A stretch of 43,102 nucleotides of DNA from Thermoleophilia bacterium (lineage in GTDB: Bacteria > Actinomycetota > Thermoleophilia > RBG-16-64-13), in the NCBI GenBank assembly GCA_038204345.1, contig JBBRDB010000002.1, forward strand, positions 1 to 43,102, read 5' to 3'. The position numbers and the translations under genes are program-made. Shown in pieces: positions 26,643 through 39,001 of the stretch (within the stretch, counting starts at the first letter, position 1; the number at the start of each line of letters is the position of its first letter). The notes below the pieces were generated by a model. It was not told the origin of the DNA. It saw only the letters and a list, made by a program, of their open reading frames with translations, and searched no databases.

Positions 26643-26648
26643 TACAAT
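26643..26648 (+). promoter_or_regulatory. -10 element TACAAT for the tRNA gene
   Basis: TACAAT 9 nt upstream of the tRNA 5' end. Confidence 0.6.
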
Positions 26649-26657
26649 CCTCGGCAT

Positions 26658-26730
26658 GCGCCCGTAGCTTAGTTGGTAGAGCAGGGGACTCTTAATCCCA
26701 AGGTCGAAGGTTCGAATCCTTCCGGGCGTA
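26658..26730 (+). tRNA. tRNA-Lys (anticodon CTT), CCA not encoded
   Basis: GCGCCCG/CGGGCGT acceptor stem, D-arm GCTT-AGTTGGTA-GAGC, anticodon loop CTCTTAA (CTT at 26691-26693), T-arm GAAGG-TTCGAAT-CCTTC. Confidence 0.97.
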
Positions 26731-26777
26731 CTGGGGGAAACACCACACGGAAGTAGTCAAAGCGGGAGGGGCGAGAC

Positions 26778-27158
26778 ATGACCGACATCAGCGTGACGAA
26801 GATCAGGGAACTCAAAGCTGTCGAGGGTCCGAGGGTCATACCCGGCATCAACTTCTACACCGCCGGACGTGAACTCGGGGTCGGCGGCCTCGGTATGAAC
26901 GTTCTCGAGCTGGAAGCGAATTGCTCCACCTACCCGGACCACGATCACGCCTCCGAGGGGCAGGAGGAGATCTATGTGGTCCTGGAAGGTGGCGGTTCAC
27001 TGGTCGCCGGCGACCAGCAATGGCCCCTTGAGGTGGGCACCCTCGTGCGAGTGGCGCCTGAGACTAAGCGCAAGCTCGTCCCTGGGGAAGCCGGGCTCAC
27101 CGTGCTCGCGCTCGGCGCCGTACCCGGTAAGGCCTACACGGCCGCGCCGACGACCTGA
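26778..27158 (+). CDS. Cupin domain protein
   Basis: HDH...QEEIYVVLEG.G, L..G..VRVAP...R cupin motifs; SD GGGAGG. Confidence 0.88.
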   Translation: MTDISVTKIRELKAVEGPRVIPGINFYTAGRELGVGGLGMNVLELEANCSTYPDHDHASEGQEEIYVVLEGGGSLVAGDQQWPLEVGTLVRVAPETKRKLVPGEAGLTVLALGAVPGKAYTAAPTT

Positions 27159-27268
27159 GTAGCATCGTCTGCACAGGCCCGCAACCGCCGCGGTCAGGTT
27201 TCGTCAGCAGGTAGACGGTCCGCCGGTCCCGTGAATCGCGTTGCTAAGCACCTCAAGGAGGTGGACTC

Positions 27269-27628
27269 TCGCCTTACCAGGCTGACTATGTCCTACGCCT
27301 CATCGAGCAGATGGCCGCGCTGATACGTCGGGCCGTGGAGAAGTCGGGCATCAAGGACGCCGGGGAACCATCAGAGGTCGCGGACCAGGTAATCGGTTTG
27401 GCGCTCGGCATGGATCCGGGTCTGACCTCACGACTCTCGCCTGAGAGCCCCGTTGCGCTACTGGAGCTCGGAAGCCTCGACGACCGCGTGATCGAATTGG
27501 TCGCGCAGGCCATCGAGCTTGATTTCGGGGCGCTCCAGGCCGGCGGCGACACGATCTCAGCTGAACTCAGGCGCTCTCAAGCGACGGCGGTACGTTCACT
27601 GATCGCGCTGAGAGCCGCCAGGCGCTGA
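27269..27628 (+). pseudogene. DUF6483-like hypothetical protein with apparently mutated start codon (first ATG at 27311)
   Basis: SD AAGGAGGTG at 27255-27263 points to TCG 27269; in-frame PYQADYVLRLIEQMAALIRR resembles the 'DY.LR.IEQ' N-terminal motif; in-frame TAA at 27245 excludes an upstream start. Confidence 0.55.
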
Positions 27629-27726
27629 CGGCGGACGCCCCGGCCGGCTTGACTGCGAGGAGGCCCTTCCGGGTCGAAAGAATGGTGGCCGGAGGCAGAC
27701 CGGGCCGGACACTCGGGAGGGTCGTC

Positions 27727-28038
27727 ATGGCGAAGTCGAGCTACGAGCACTGTCCCTCGGATGTCCCCTTCCTCGGAGAGACGATCGGGGATTGTCTGGA
27801 GCGCGCGGCACGCGAGCACCCGAACAGTGAGGCGCTCGTGAGCAGGCACGAGGGAATACGCCTCTCCTACGCCGAGATGCTGAACCTGGTGGACAGGCTG
27901 GCATGCGGGCTCCTGGCCTCGGGCATCGAGATAGGAGACCGGGTGGCGGTGTGGTCCACGAACAACCACGCGCGGGTAGAGGCGAGTTCCCTGGAATCGG
28001 CTGACACCACCGGGCGCCACCCACTGCCTCGGCGCTGA
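27727..28038 (+). pseudogene. Truncated AMP-binding (acyl-CoA synthetase) gene, N-terminal fragment only
   Basis: SY.H.PSDVPFLGETIGD...EALVSRH.GIRLSY...GDRVAVWSTNN, then similarity is lost and a stop follows after about 100 aa; family members are typically over 500 aa. Confidence 0.85.
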
Positions 28039-28070
28039 GCCGGGCGGGAGGTGCTGCTCCGGCACGGCGG

Positions 28071-28241
28071 TCACCCGACGACCCAGTACGCGAGCAGGAC
28101 GAGTGAAGCCACGCCCCACGCCACGATCACGACTGCGATGGCGACTTCGATCCTGATGAGCAAGGCCATTTGGTCACCTATGGCCTTCAGTTGCGCCTCG
28201 ACAGCATGGAGTTGGGTCGATGTCTGTTCTTCGGTGCTCAC
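28071..28241 (-). CDS. Small (56 aa) C-terminally anchored membrane protein
   Basis: Below the ORF-track cutoff; GTG 4 nt after the dehydratase stop; MSTEEQTSTQLHAVEAQLKAIGDQMALLIRIEVAIAVVIVAWGVASLVLLAYWVVG. Confidence 0.6.
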   Translation of the reverse strand: MSTEEQTSTQLHAVEAQLKAIGDQMALLIRIEVAIAVVIVAWGVASLVLLAYWVVG

Positions 28242-28245
28242 TGCC

Positions 28246-29331
28246 TTATCGCGCCGCCCCGTCGTCGCTGCCTCTCTTTTTGTGGTCGGACCCCCGAGGA
28301 GCCGCCAGCGCCGCCACCTCGGTCAGATGTATGCTCCCGCCCGACACCACGCAAACCACCTTGCCGGCGCCTGCGCCGCCGGACAGGGCGCATGCCACCG
28401 GACAGGCGCCCGCGCCCTCGGCTATCACGTGGTTGCGCTCGGCCATCAGCAGCACCGCGTCCGCGACGGCCTCCACCTGCTCAACCAGGCTCCCCGCCAC
28501 CAGCGAACGGGCCCGCTCGAACATCTGCGGGAAGACAGTGGGGCTGCCGATGCCATCGACGAAGGAGGGCGTGTAGTCGATTTCGACCGGCTTCCCCGCC
28601 GCAAGGGCGGCGGCCAGGGGGGCGGCTCCCGCCACCTCGGCCGCGTAGACCCGGCACTCAGGACGCAGAGCGTGGGCGGCGGCGGCCACTCCGCAGGTGA
28701 GCCCGCCGCCGCCCCAGGGGGTGAGGATGGCGTCGGCATCGGGCAGGTCCTCCAGGATCTCGAGGGCGATGGTGCCGTTGCCCGCCATGACCCGGGGATC
28801 GTCGAACGCGTGGATGAAGACGCCCTCCACACCGGGATAGGCGTGCTCCTCGAAGGCACGCCACCACTCCGCGAAGGGCACCCGGAGCACGCGACCGCCC
28901 AACTTCTCCACGGCATCGGTCTTGACCTTAGGCGCAGACTCGGGCGCGACGACGGTGCAAGGGATCCCGTGTTCACGGGCCAGCCACGCGACTCCCTGGG
29001 CCATGTTGCCCGCGGAGGCGGTCACCACACCCTGGGCCAATTCCGCGGGGTCTGTGCCCGCCATGACGGCGGCGGCCCCTCGTATCTTGAAAGAGCCTAT
29101 GGGCTGCAGGTTCTCGAGCTTCAGGTAGATCTCGGGCCCGTCGCCGCGCGCTCGGGTGGCGTCTAAGCGCACAAGGGGCGTGCGAATAGCGGTCGCGCCG
29201 CCGGGCGGGCCGATGATGGCCGCGCGCGCGGCCTGGATGTCCGCCAGCGTGGGGAGACCGGCGGCGTAGTGCGGTCGCCCGGCATCGTGCGGGCCGCCGT
29301 GGCCCGCGAGACCAACGTCCGGCGTCACCAC
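28246..29331 (-). CDS. PLP-dependent serine/threonine dehydratase family enzyme (no regulatory domain)
   Basis: LKLENLQPIGSFKIRGA (PLP Lys), TASAGNMAQG, PWGGGGL, EGAGA, VVSGG. Confidence 0.93.
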   Translation of the reverse strand: MVTPDVGLAGHGGPHDAGRPHYAAGLPTLADIQAARAAIIGPPGGATAIRTPLVRLDATRARGDGPEIYLKLENLQPIGSFKIRGAAAVMAGTDPAELAQGVVTASAGNMAQGVAWLAREHGIPCTVVAPESAPKVKTDAVEKLGGRVLRVPFAEWWRAFEEHAYPGVEGVFIHAFDDPRVMAGNGTIALEILEDLPDADAILTPWGGGGLTCGVAAAAHALRPECRVYAAEVAGAAPLAAALAAGKPVEIDYTPSFVDGIGSPTVFPQMFERARSLVAGSLVEQVEAVADAVLLMAERNHVIAEGAGACPVACALSGGAGAGKVVCVVSGGSIHLTEVAALAAPRGSDHKKRGSDDGAAR

Positions 29332-29335
29332 GCCC

Positions 29336-30316
29336 TCACGTCCTCACCCACGTGCCCACCTCCTCGTCGCAGGCCCGAGAGCACACGTACGCGGCCGCGG
29401 CCACGTCCTCTATGCCGATGCCCAACGACTTGAAGAGCGTCACTTCGTCCGCCGACGAGCGCCCGGGACGCATGCCGGCCAGGACCTCGCCGAGCGTGCC
29501 CCGAACGTGCTCGGGCCCGATGGCCCCTTCCGCTACGGCCGCCATGTACTCTCCCGACTCGTTCTCGGCGGCAACCCGATCGTCGAGGAACAACGCCGCG
29601 CGCGAAATCGCTTCGACGTCCACCTCGTTCGCTCCCGGACCTCCAATCACGTTGACGTGGGCTCCCGGGACGAGCCAGGCGCCCCGCAACACGGGGGACG
29701 TTGCCGTCGTCGCCGTCACCACCAGGTCGGCCCCCTGGACCGCCTCCTCGACACTCGACACGGGGTCGATAGGGAAGGAGAACCTCTCACCGTGCTCTTT
29801 CGCGAAACGGCGGGCCGTGTCACCCGTACGAGACACGACCCGCACCCGGCGGAGGTCCCGCACCAGAGCCATGGCGTCAAGGTGGTATGCGGCCTGCACT
29901 CCCGCACCGATGAGGGCGAGGTCTCCAGCATCCTCTCGCGCAAGGAGCCGGGTGGCCACGGCTGAGACCGCCGCAGTCCGGATTCCAGTGAGCGCCGACG
30001 CGTTCACCACTGCCCGAACCTCGCCGGTCCTGGGGCTTAGAAGCAGCACCGCCCCTTGATGCGAATCGATGCCGCGTTCCTGGTTGCCCGCGAACACCCC
30101 GATGACTTTGACGCCTAACGAGGGCGTCTCGCCGCCAAGATACGCCGGCATCAGTCCCATCAAGCCCGCCGCCTTTTCGGGAGCCACCACCGACCGCAAT
30201 GGTAGGCACGCCTCGCCCCGGGCAAGAACACTGAGCGCCTCCTCCATGACGGGCATGCACTCTTCGATCGAGAGCAGGCGCTCCACATCGCGATCGTCGA
30301 GTACAAGCAGCTCCAC
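29336..30316 (-). CDS. Ornithine cyclodeaminase/mu-crystallin family (imine reductase-like)
   Basis: GLMPAY, GVKVI..F..N, SHQG, LTGIRTAAVSA, GAGVQA, LFKSLGIGIEDVAAA; GTG 30316 after AGGAGG. Confidence 0.93.
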   Translation of the reverse strand: MELLVLDDRDVERLLSIEECMPVMEEALSVLARGEACLPLRSVVAPEKAAGLMGLMPAYLGGETPSLGVKVIGVFAGNQERGIDSHQGAVLLLSPRTGEVRAVVNASALTGIRTAAVSAVATRLLAREDAGDLALIGAGVQAAYHLDAMALVRDLRRVRVVSRTGDTARRFAKEHGERFSFPIDPVSSVEEAVQGADLVVTATTATSPVLRGAWLVPGAHVNVIGGPGANEVDVEAISRAALFLDDRVAAENESGEYMAAVAEGAIGPEHVRGTLGEVLAGMRPGRSSADEVTLFKSLGIGIEDVAAAAYVCSRACDEEVGTWVRT

Positions 30317-30324
30317 GGAGCCTC

Positions 30325-31317
<993 letters not shown>

Positions 31318-31363
31318 GAGACCTCTCTTCGTGCTCTCCCGGAACGACCGGCTTCTCCTGTGT

Positions 31364-32149
31364 TCACGTGGTACGCGCCGTACCCGCCACGCCTGCCGCT
31401 CGGGCAACCGTCTCCGAAGGCCCGCAGCGCATGAGGTCGAGACCACCGCTCAAAAGCTCGTCTTTGGACCGGCGCACGTGCAGGAGTGTCTGACGCGCGG
31501 CGCCTTCGGCCTCGCGCGCCTCGATCGCGGCGAGTATGGCCCCATGGTCGGCCACCACCCGGGCGACCCTAGAAGGCAGCGCCATGACCGCCTTGCGTGC
31601 ATCGAGCACGTGATCTTCGAGATCGTTCAAGATGCGGGCGATGATCTGATTGCCGCCGGCTTCACGTATGGTCCGGTGGAAAGCGCTGTCCGCCGCGACA
31701 AGCGCGGCATGATCGCCGGCTTCTATCGCCTCTGTCATCGCTTCTAGGTGGCCCCCAAGCGCGGCAAGCTCCTCGGGAGTTATTCGGAGAGCCGCGAGTT
31801 CGGATACTTTGACCTCGAGCGCCTCGTGCACCTCCAGGATCTGCACCACTTCCTGTCGGTGGCCCAGCAGCCACGCATACCAGTCCTCGGCCAGCGAGAC
31901 GACCTGACGTTCGCAGACGAAGGTTCCTCGACCGGGGGCCACACGCAGCACGCCGGTGGTCTCGAGAGTGCGAATAGCTTCGCGCAGGGACGTTCGGCTC
32001 ACCGACAGCAACTCCATCAATTCCCGTTCAGGCGGGAGCTTGGCCCCCGGGGCCAATGTTCCCTCAGACACGAGTTTCTGGATCTGCTCCTTCGCCCCGT
32101 CCGAGATGCGACGAGGTTTGACTGGGTTGAATATCTTGTTCACCGGCAA
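31364..32149 (-). CDS. FadR/GntR family transcriptional regulator
   Basis: KLPPERELME.L.VSRTSLREAIRTLE..G wHTH; FCD domain D..FH...GN...H..I..AI. Confidence 0.95.
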   Translation of the reverse strand: MPVNKIFNPVKPRRISDGAKEQIQKLVSEGTLAPGAKLPPERELMELLSVSRTSLREAIRTLETTGVLRVAPGRGTFVCERQVVSLAEDWYAWLLGHRQEVVQILEVHEALEVKVSELAALRITPEELAALGGHLEAMTEAIEAGDHAALVAADSAFHRTIREAGGNQIIARILNDLEDHVLDARKAVMALPSRVARVVADHGAILAAIEAREAEGAARQTLLHVRRSKDELLSGGLDLMRCGPSETVARAAGVAGTARTT

Positions 32150-32156
32150 TGCGCCA

Positions 32157-34817
<2,661 letters not shown>

Positions 34818-34826
34818 GGCTGCTCC

Positions 34827-35735
34827 TCAGACCTTCACGGGGATCTGCCTGCCCAACAGTCCGGCGGGCCGGAAGAGGAGCAGGACGATGAGCAGACCGA
34901 ACGCGATGACGTCCCGGTAGGCGTACGAGATGTACGTGGCACCCAAGGTCTCTGCACTCGCCAGGATCAATGCACCGAGCACCGCCCCGCGGAGATTGCC
35001 GATGCCGCCCAAGACTGCAGCCGTAAAGGCCTTCATGCCCAGACCGAAGCCCATGGCGAAGTCCACCTGAGTGTAGTACAGGCCGGTCAGCACGCCCCCG
35101 ATGCCCGCCAACATGGCGCCCACCAGGAACGTGATGGAGATTACCCTATTGACCGAGATGCCCATGAAGGACGCGGCTTCGCGGTCCTGCGCGGTGGCCC
35201 GCATCGCCTTGCCCATCTTACTGCGGTTCATGAAGATCTCCAGGCCGATGAGGGTGATCACCGTCACAACCACGACCACGACCCGGCTCGCCGAGACCGT
35301 CACATCGCCGATGTGCAGAGCCCAGGAGTCGGGGAGCAGCAGATCGGTGCGGACTGGGCGGGCCCGGAACTTGGTGATCACGCCTACGATATTTCGCAAC
35401 AGTATCGACATGGCGAGCGCGCTGATAAGAGGAGCTAAACGGGCCGCGTTGCGCAGAGGCCGGTAAGCGAAGAACTCGATCAAGACGGCGAGCACGCCGC
35501 ACACGGTCATCGCAGTGATAAGCATTAGGACGATGATGAGGATGGGGTTCGCCGTGAGCTGATCGTTTTGCAGGAACTGCTGCTGGACGACGTACCCCAT
35601 GAACCCACCGATCATGAAGACCTCGCCGTGGGCGAAGTTGAGCATGGTCAGTATCCCGTACACCATGGAGTAGCCCAGGGCGAACAGTGCATACACTGAG
35701 CCGAGCGTGAGCGCGTTGACGATCTGCTGAGTCAT
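34827..35735 (-). CDS. livH: Branched-chain amino acid ABC transporter permease
   Basis: GSVYALFALGYSMVYGI..MLNFAHGE, GKAMRATAQD, KAFTAAVLGGIG. Confidence 0.95.
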   Translation of the reverse strand: MTQQIVNALTLGSVYALFALGYSMVYGILTMLNFAHGEVFMIGGFMGYVVQQQFLQNDQLTANPILIIVLMLITAMTVCGVLAVLIEFFAYRPLRNAARLAPLISALAMSILLRNIVGVITKFRARPVRTDLLLPDSWALHIGDVTVSASRVVVVVVTVITLIGLEIFMNRSKMGKAMRATAQDREAASFMGISVNRVISITFLVGAMLAGIGGVLTGLYYTQVDFAMGFGLGMKAFTAAVLGGIGNLRGAVLGALILASAETLGATYISYAYRDVIAFGLLIVLLLFRPAGLLGRQIPVKV

Positions 35736-35827
35736 GTGTGAACTACCCTCCCCTGGTCGAGACGGTTGCCTAGGCCATCTCGGCGACCGCGGCCTCTGGG
35801 GCTCGCACGCCGCGCTCCCCCGCTGGT

Positions 35828-35860
35828 CCCGGCTGCGGCGGCGAAGCCGCCGCAGCCGGG
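35828..35860. other. Perfect 15-bp GC hairpin between the binding-protein gene and livH
   Basis: CCCGGCTGCGGCGGC-GAA-GCCGCCGCAGCCGGG. Confidence 0.85.
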
Positions 35861-35884
35861 GCTGATACTACTGGCCGACCCTCC

Positions 35885-37108
35885 TTACTGCAGAGTCACC
35901 ATTTTCACCGGAACGAACTCGGTGCCCTTCACTTGGAGAACGGTGATCCCACCACCCACCAGGTCACCCTCAGGAGTGAACGCGATTGGGAAGCCAAGGA
36001 TGCCGTTGTAGTTCGATGCGCTGAGCGCATCGTTCACTGCGGCGCGGTCCACCTTGCCGTCAACGACGCCCACGGTCTTTATCGCTTCGAGCAGCACGTT
36101 GGTCGCCTCGTAGGACTGAGCGGTGAACGCGCTCGTCACCTGGTACTTGGCAACGTACTTGTCGAGGAACGGCTTAGCCGAATCCAATGTCTCGGGCAGA
36201 GGACCAAGGACGGTGGAGTACATGCCTTCCGTCGCCCCGCCGGCCGCCGTCATGAGTTCCGGGTCGTGGGTGCCGTCGGCTCCCATCATCTGGATCTGGA
36301 AGCCCATGCTCTTCATCTGCTTCGCGATGGCCGCTGCTTGAGGCGGGCTCGGAAGTGGGGTGAAGAGGAGGCTGGGATTCATGTCCTTGACCTGCGTCAG
36401 GACAGTCGCGAAGTCCTTGTCCGCGCCCGCGATCTGGGCGCGCTTGACGGTCACGTTCCCATCCTTCAACGCCGTCTCTACTTGGTCGGCTAAGCCCTTG
36501 GAATACGCCTCACCGTCATCGATGATGAAGACGCTCTCGACATTGAGGTCGTCGATCATGTACTTGGCGATCGAGGGACCCTGCACGGCGTCACTCGGGT
36601 TGACTCGGTGGAACACCGGGAAGCCGAGCGTGGACAAGTTGACCGCGGTGGCGGACTGAGTGATCTGGGCTAGATTAGCTTCGTCCAGGATCGGCAGTGC
36701 AGCCTGGACCGCGCCGCTGGTCATAGGGCCTACAACACCCACGACAGACTCGTCGGAGGCGAACTTCTCAGCAATCGTGGCGGCCTTGGCCGGGTCGGCA
36801 CCGTCATCGCCCACTTCGACCGTGAAGGTCACGCCGGGCATGGCTCCCGAGGCGTTGAAGTCTTCGACGGCCATTTGGACGGCTTGAAGTGCGTCGGTGC
36901 CGATCTTGGCGAGATCACCCGTGAACGGACCGGCGCCGCCGATCTTGAGAGTCACGGCCTCACCGGGCGCCATGGTCGTATCCGAACCGCCTGTTGTGTC
37001 GCTTCCCGCTGCCGTGGTGGTCGTGGTGTCGCCGCCGCAGGCCGCGAGCGCGAGCCCGACGATCATGAGAAGCGCCAGCACCACCACCAGATTCCTTGAT
37101 ACCTTCAC
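35885..37108 (-). CDS. Branched-chain amino acid ABC transporter substrate-binding lipoprotein (LivK/LivJ-like)
   Basis: Signal peptide with lipobox LAAC, Thr-rich linker, KIG.AGP.TG, GDDGADP, VVGP.TSG, D...Y..GLA; GTG 37108 after GAGGGGG. Confidence 0.93.
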   Translation of the reverse strand: MKVSRNLVVVLALLMIVGLALAACGGDTTTTTAAGSDTTGGSDTTMAPGEAVTLKIGGAGPFTGDLAKIGTDALQAVQMAVEDFNASGAMPGVTFTVEVGDDGADPAKAATIAEKFASDESVVGVVGPMTSGAVQAALPILDEANLAQITQSATAVNLSTLGFPVFHRVNPSDAVQGPSIAKYMIDDLNVESVFIIDDGEAYSKGLADQVETALKDGNVTVKRAQIAGADKDFATVLTQVKDMNPSLLFTPLPSPPQAAAIAKQMKSMGFQIQMMGADGTHDPELMTAAGGATEGMYSTVLGPLPETLDSAKPFLDKYVAKYQVTSAFTAQSYEATNVLLEAIKTVGVVDGKVDRAAVNDALSASNYNGILGFPIAFTPEGDLVGGGITVLQVKGTEFVPVKMVTLQ

Positions 37109-37242
37109 TGCGTGTACCCCCTCGTCCGTGAACACATCACGTCGTAGGAATTGTCAAGACTCAACCCTCTCCCTTGTGCCCGTTGACCCTCAGCCCTCCC
37201 TTCCTCGATCGAGTATCACGATGCCCGGCGCGCAACCGCACG

Positions 37243-37629
37243 CTACCCGGCCGCCCGACAGACCGCCGATACTTCCACCAGTACGTCTTTGGGCAGGCGA
37301 GCCACCTCGACGGTCTCGCGAGCGGGCGGTGACTCCACAAAAAAGCGGCCGTACACCTCGTTGAACACCGCAAAGTCGTTCATGTCGGCCAGGAAACACG
37401 ATGTCTTCACCACGTCGGCCAAAGTGCCACCGGCCGCCTCGATCACCGCCCGGAGGTTGAGCAGCACACGTTGGCTCTGCTCCGCTATACCGCCCCCCAC
37501 GACCGCGCCGGTCGTGGGCTCAAGTGGTATCTGGCCGCTAAGGAAGACCAAGCCGCCGGAGCGGACCGCCTGAGAATAGGGCCCAATGGCCGCCGGTGCT
37601 CGATCCGTGCTGATGATCTCTTTGCTCAT
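37243..37629 (-). CDS. ridA: RidA family enamine/imine deaminase
   Basis: APAAIGPYSQAV, SGQIPL, VVKT..FL.DMNDF..FN.VY..FF...PPARETVEVARLPKD..VE (conserved Arg present). Confidence 0.93.
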   Translation of the reverse strand: MSKEIISTDRAPAAIGPYSQAVRSGGLVFLSGQIPLEPTTGAVVGGGIAEQSQRVLLNLRAVIEAAGGTLADVVKTSCFLADMNDFAVFNEVYGRFFVESPPARETVEVARLPKDVLVEVSAVCRAAG

Positions 37630-37654
37630 CGCTCTCCCATTCTCGGCGACTCCC

Positions 37655-38869
37655 TCACGCATTCGCCGACAGATCATGTTCCAACACGGCCTGCAGAGCA
37701 TCCAGAGCCACGTCGATATCGCTGATGGTGTTGTAGAAATGGGGCGCCAGCCGGATGACGGGCCCGCGGGCCGCCGCCAGGACGCCGCGCTTCAGCAGCA
37801 GCGCCTCCACGGTGTGGGATCCGTGTTCGGGGCAGACGAACGCGGTGCTGGGGGTCTTGCGCGCGGGGTCGTCGATGCCGTGGAGGCGCAAACCACGTGC
37901 CCGACCCCCCTCGATGAGTCGCCGAGTGAGCTGCTGCGTCCAGGCCACGATCGCGTCCGCCCCGATCTCGTTGATCACGGCCATACCGGCACGCGAGATG
38001 TATGCGTTGATGACGGGCGGGGTGCCGGTGTCGAAACGGGCGGCGGTGGGCGCCCAGTCGAGCGCGCGAGCGTCGAAGGAGAACGGGTTTGCTCGGCCGA
38101 ACCAGCCGGTGACGGCAGGTTCGAAACGCTCCACGATGCCGGGCCGCACGTAGAGGAAAGCGATGCCCGGTACGCCCAGCAAGAACTTGAGATTGCCGGA
38201 GGCAAGGAAGTCGATGTCCATGGCCTGCACATCCACCTTGGTCACGCCCAGACTCTGGTAGGCATCGACGTACAGGAGGGCCCCTTTGTCATGAGCCTTG
38301 CGGGCGATGGCCGCTACATCCTGGAGATAGCCGTTCTGATAGTAGGCATGAGAAGCGGACACCAGCAGCGTCCGCTCGTCGATGAGGTCATCGTAGTCCT
38401 CGAGGTGCACGATATCGTCGCGCACCGGGACCCAGTCGAGTTCGAGGCCGTACTTGGCGTGCGCCTGCCAGACATGGGCCACCGACGGGAATTCAGCCTC
38501 TGTCGTCACCACTCTGCGCCGCTCACCCGAAAGATCCAAGGAGCTCGCCAGACTGGCCGTCGCCTCGGAAACAGAACTCGATACGGCGACATCGTCGGGA
38601 GAAGCGTTGATGAGCCGAGCGAACTCCACCTTGGCCCTGTAGGTCTCGGCCATCCAGGCGTCCCAGTCCATTCCTGCGCGGTTCCAGGAGTCCAGGTACG
38701 CTTCGGCGGCCTCTCGCGTGACGTCGAGCTGCGGGGCCTGCGAGCAGTTGTTCAGGGGGATCATCGACCCGAGGATAGGGATGCGGCGACGCCACGCCTG
38801 AATATCGTACGTGGGCTCGCGGGTTGTCCGGCCGCCCACGATCCCGACATCTCCGGTGACATTGCTCAC
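37655..38869 (-). CDS. Class V PLP-dependent enzyme (kynureninase/cysteine desulfurase-like)
   Basis: LNNCSQAP, EFPSV, DAYQSLG, SGNLKFLLG.PG (PLP Lys), GWFG, RFDTGTP, IRLAPHFYNT; GTG 38869 after GAGGGG. Confidence 0.9.
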   Translation of the reverse strand: MSNVTGDVGIVGGRTTREPTYDIQAWRRRIPILGSMIPLNNCSQAPQLDVTREAAEAYLDSWNRAGMDWDAWMAETYRAKVEFARLINASPDDVAVSSSVSEATASLASSLDLSGERRRVVTTEAEFPSVAHVWQAHAKYGLELDWVPVRDDIVHLEDYDDLIDERTLLVSASHAYYQNGYLQDVAAIARKAHDKGALLYVDAYQSLGVTKVDVQAMDIDFLASGNLKFLLGVPGIAFLYVRPGIVERFEPAVTGWFGRANPFSFDARALDWAPTAARFDTGTPPVINAYISRAGMAVINEIGADAIVAWTQQLTRRLIEGGRARGLRLHGIDDPARKTPSTAFVCPEHGSHTVEALLLKRGVLAAARGPVIRLAPHFYNTISDIDVALDALQAVLEHDLSANA

Positions 38870-38945
38870 GGACCGACCCCTCATCCCCGATGACGCGATT
38901 TCGGCCGGAATCGGCCCCAATGGTTGCACCTTGTTCTCACCGCCC

Positions 38946-38996
38946 GTGGTCGGCAGGTTGGACCACACAATACGATAGGCAGAAGGTCCTTGTCAA
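38946..38996 (-). promoter_or_regulatory. Promoter TTGACA-18 nt-TATTGT with adjoining operator GTGGTC-N9-GACCAC
   Basis: -35 at 38991-38996, -10 at 38967-38972, palindrome at 38946-38966. Confidence 0.8.
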
Positions 38997-39001
38997 TACT
39001 T

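Noticed and set aside
28051-29166. 371-aa + strand ORF
   Set aside because: Antisense to the dehydratase and the small membrane ORF.
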